The notes under the pieces were generated by a model, which was not told where the DNA came from, made no database searches, and worked only from the letters and a program-made list of their open reading frames with translations. Of a DNA stretch of 64,000 nt, positions 60,991 through 64,000 are shown one piece after another; within the stretch, counting starts at the first letter, position 1; every line of letters starts with the position of its first letter. This DNA is from Zygnema circumcarinatum SAG 698-1b (taxonomy: Eukaryota > Plantae > Zygnematophyceae): positions 6,549,909 through 6,613,908 of the forward strand of contig CM074804.1 of NCBI GenBank assembly GCA_037447605.1, read 5' to 3'. The position numbers and the translations under genes were made by a program.

Positions 60991-63842
60991 CACAGATCGG
61001 ACCACTAGACAAACCAGTCGACTGGTTGGCAACCAGTGGTTGCGGACCGAAACAACCATTCGACTGGTTGCCAACCAGTGGCATCCACTGGTTCCAAACC
61101 AGTCGACTGGTTGCCAACCAGTGCCGCCGGATCGAAACAACCATTCGACTGGTTGCCAACCAGTGCCGCCGGATCGAAACAACCATTCGACTGGTTGCGA
61201 ACCAGTGGCGCAGGACTGAAACAACCATTCGACTGGTTCGGAACCAGTGATCCAATGGTTGGCAACCATTGAATTTCTGAAATTAAAACAAATTGCAAAA
61301 ATGGGTCGTATGTGTTTTTTGGTGGGTTGCCAACCGTTGACAACTAGTGTAACAAGCCTGATGCGTACAGATGCGTACGGATTCGTACAGCCGAGTCGTA
61401 CGGTTGTACGGATATTATGTACGGCCGAACCGTAATAGTTTTCTCCGAAACGCCGACGACATTTTGGTAGCTGTAGCGTTCAGTTCGCTACAACTAGTGA
61501 TTTAATGGTTGCCAACATTTAATGGTTTCCACATTTTGCCTTTATCCATGTAAATTTGATGGCCTCGCCATCGCGAGTTCAATGAAAGTTTGCGTGTTGC
61601 CAACCATTTGATTTAATGGATATAACCATTCGACTGGTTGCCAACCAGTGGCATCCACTGGTTCCAAACCAGTCGACTGGTTGCCAACCAGTGAATGCCA
61701 CTGGTTGGCAACCAGTCGACTGGTTGCCAACCAGTGGCATCCACTGGTTCCAAACCAGTCGACTGGTTGCCAACCAGTGGCATCCACTGGTTCCAAACCA
61801 GTCGACTGGTTGCCAACCAGTGGCATCCACTGGTTCCAAACCAGTCGACTGGTTGCCAACCAGTGGCATCCACTGGTTCCAAACCAGTCGACTGGTTGCC
61901 AACCAGTGGCATCCACTGGTTCCAAACCAGTCGACTGGTTGCCAACCAGTGGCATCCACTGGTTCCAAACCAGTCGACTGGTTGCCAACCAGTGGCATCC
62001 ACTGGTTCCAAACCAGTCGACTGGTTGCCAACCAGTGGCATCCACTGGTTCCAAACCAGTCGACTGGTTGCCAACCAGTGGCATCCACTGGTTCCAAACC
62101 AGTCGACTGGTTGCCAACCAGTGGCATCCACTGGTTCCAAACCAGTCGACTGGTTGCCAACCAGTGGCATCCACTGGTTCCAAACCAGTCGACTGGTTGC
62201 CAACCAGTGGCATCCACTGGTTCCAAACCAGTCGACTGGTTGCCAACCAGTGGCATCCACTGGTTCCAAACCAGTCGACTGGTTGCCAACCAGTGGCATC
62301 CACTGGTTCCAAACCAGTCGACTGGTTGCCAACCAGTGGCATCCACTGGTTCCAAACCAGTCGACTGGTTGCCAACCAGTGGCATCCACTGGTTCCAAAC
62401 CAGTCGACTGGTTGCCAACCAGTGGCATCCACTGGTTCCAAACCAGTCGACTGGTTGCCAACCAGTGGCATCCACTGGTTCCAAACCAGTCGACTGGTTG
62501 CCAACCAGTGGCATCCACTGGTTCCAAACCAGTCGACTGGTTGCCAACCAGTGGCATCCACTGGTTCCAAACCAGTCGACTGGTTGCCAACCAGTGGCAT
62601 CCACTGGTTCCAAACCAGTCGACTGGTTGCCAACCAGTGGCATCCACTGGTTCCAAACCAGTCGACTGGTTGCCAACCAGTGGCATCCACTGGTTCCAAA
62701 CCAGTCGACTGGTTGCCAACCAGTGGCATCCACTGGTTCCAAACCAGTCGACTGGTTGCCAACCAGTGGCATCCACTGGTTCCAAACCAGTCGACTGGTT
62801 GCCAACCAGTGGCATCCACTGGTTCCAAACCAGTCGACTGGTTGCCAACCAGTGGCATCCACTGGTTCCAAACCAGTCGACTGGTTGCCAACCAGTGGCA
62901 TCCACTGGTTCCAAACCAGTCGACTGGTTGCCAACCAGTGGCATCCACTGGTTCCAAACCAGTCGACTGGTTGCCAACCAGTGGCATCCACTGGTTCCAA
63001 ACCAGTCGACTGGTTGCCAACCAGTGGCATCCACTGGTTCCAAACCAGTCGACTGGTTGCCAACCAGTGGCATCCACTGGTTCCAAACCAGTCGACTGGT
63101 TGCCAACCAGTGGCATCCACTGGTTCCAAACCAGTCGACTGGTTGCCAACCAGTGGCATCCACTGGTTCCAAACCAGTCGACTGGTTGCCAACCAGTGGC
63201 ATCCACTGGTTCCAAACCAGTCGACTGGTTGCCAACCAGTGGCATCCACTGGTTCCAAACCAGTCGACTGGTTGCCAACCAGTGGCATCCACTGGTTCCA
63301 AACCAGTCGACTGGTTGCCAACCAGTGGCATCCACTGGTTCCAAACCAGTCGACTGGTTGCCAACCAGTGGCATCCACTGGTTCCAAACCAGTCGACTGG
63401 TTGCCAACCAGTGGCATCCACTGGTTCCAAACCAGTCGACTGGTTGCCAACCAGTGGCATCCACTGGTTCCAAACCAGTCGACTGGTTGCCAACCAGTGG
63501 CATCCACTGGTTCCAAACCAGTCGACTGGTTGCCAACCAGTGGCATCCACTGGTTCCAAACCAGTCGACTGGTTGCCAACCAGTGGCATCCACTGGTTCC
63601 AAACCAGTCGACTGGTTGCCAACCAGTGGCATCCACTGGTTCCAAACCAGTCGACTGGTTGCCAACCAGTGGCATCCACTGGTTCCAAACCAGTCGACTG
63701 GTTGCCAACCAGTGGCATCCACTGGTTCCAAACCAGTCGACTGGTTGCCAACCAGTGGCATCCACTGGTTCCAAACCAGTCGACTGGTTGCCAACCAGTG
63801 GCATCCACTGGTTCCAAACCAGTCGACTGGTTGCCAACCAGT
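60991..63842. mobile_element. Large non-coding TIR-type element related to the 22118-22308 MITE, with subterminal repeats and an internal satellite; right end not firmly defined
   Basis: It starts CACAGATCGGACCACTAGACAAACCAGTCGACTGGTTG, colinear with the MITE right end CACAGCTCGGACCATTAGACCAACCATTCGACCGGTTG. Six 27-bp cores at a 42-43-bp period follow (61012-61249). Confidence 0.65.
61710..63842. repeat. 43-bp tandem satellite, 49 perfect copies plus a partial copy
   Basis: Unit AACCAGTCGACTGGTTGCCAACCAGTGGCATCCACTGGTTCCA. Phase is preserved from 61710 to 63816 (49 x 43), with a 26-bp partial copy to 63842. Two variant units precede it (61624-61709). Confidence 0.97.
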
Positions 63843-64000
63843 CTCTGCCCAAAACCTGACTGTACACTACAACACTACATTGAGTTGTAAAACCTACTAA
63901 GATCGGAGTTCCAAGAAGGCCCATTTCCCGAAATCAGAGCGCTAGAAACACACGACAGAAGAAGCCTTGTCGTGCCCGTTCTGTTTTACGTGACAAGAGC

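Noticed and set aside
61012-61249. CRISPR-like repeat-spacer pattern (27-bp palindromic cores with 15-16-bp linkers)
   Set aside because: The linkers are too short, related to each other (GGA..GAAAC) and one is duplicated. There are no cas genes and the context is eukaryotic. It is better explained as diverged tandem units.
61542-63924. Six 730-780-aa ORFs over the terminal array
   Set aside because: They arise because the 43-bp unit lacks stop codons. The three frames per strand are permutations of one 43-aa repeat, with no synonymous variation and no recognisable domain.

Overview
This is eukaryotic, intron-rich green-plant nuclear DNA, not prokaryotic. The gene set (STOP1, SMAP1, class-IV U-box kinase, GST2N, a bacterial-type RNase HII), short GT-AG introns and GC-rich promoter islands suggest a streptophyte alga or an early-diverging land plant; this is inference and the species cannot be determined here. 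I reconstructed about 12 protein genes by hand-splicing: pyridoxal kinase (5' part missing), RNase HII, STOP1-like zinc finger, U-box/RLCK-IX kinase, GST2N, DJ-1D/PfpI, HPP-family transporter, RMA1-like RING E3, a conserved plastid protein (tentatively CRR9-like), CHLD, TMEM8/PGAP6-like, and a 58-aa SMAP1/CSN9 microprotein that the ORF track misses. The most striking non-coding signal is a family of palindromic repeat elements with CACAG-starting termini. It includes a 191-bp MITE at 22118-22308 (near-perfect 8-bp TSD) and a larger element from 60991 in which one subterminal unit is amplified into a homogeneous 43-bp satellite (49 perfect copies) built from alternating AACCAGT/ACTGGTT half-sites. 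Other notable features are further MITE/foldback elements, a 111-nt pre-miRNA-like hairpin, an inverted pair of exact CCAAT-N9-CCACG (ERSE-type) boxes and CCGTAC clusters in promoters. I found no CRISPR array, tRNA or rRNA. Exon boundaries were read by eye and may be off by a few bases.
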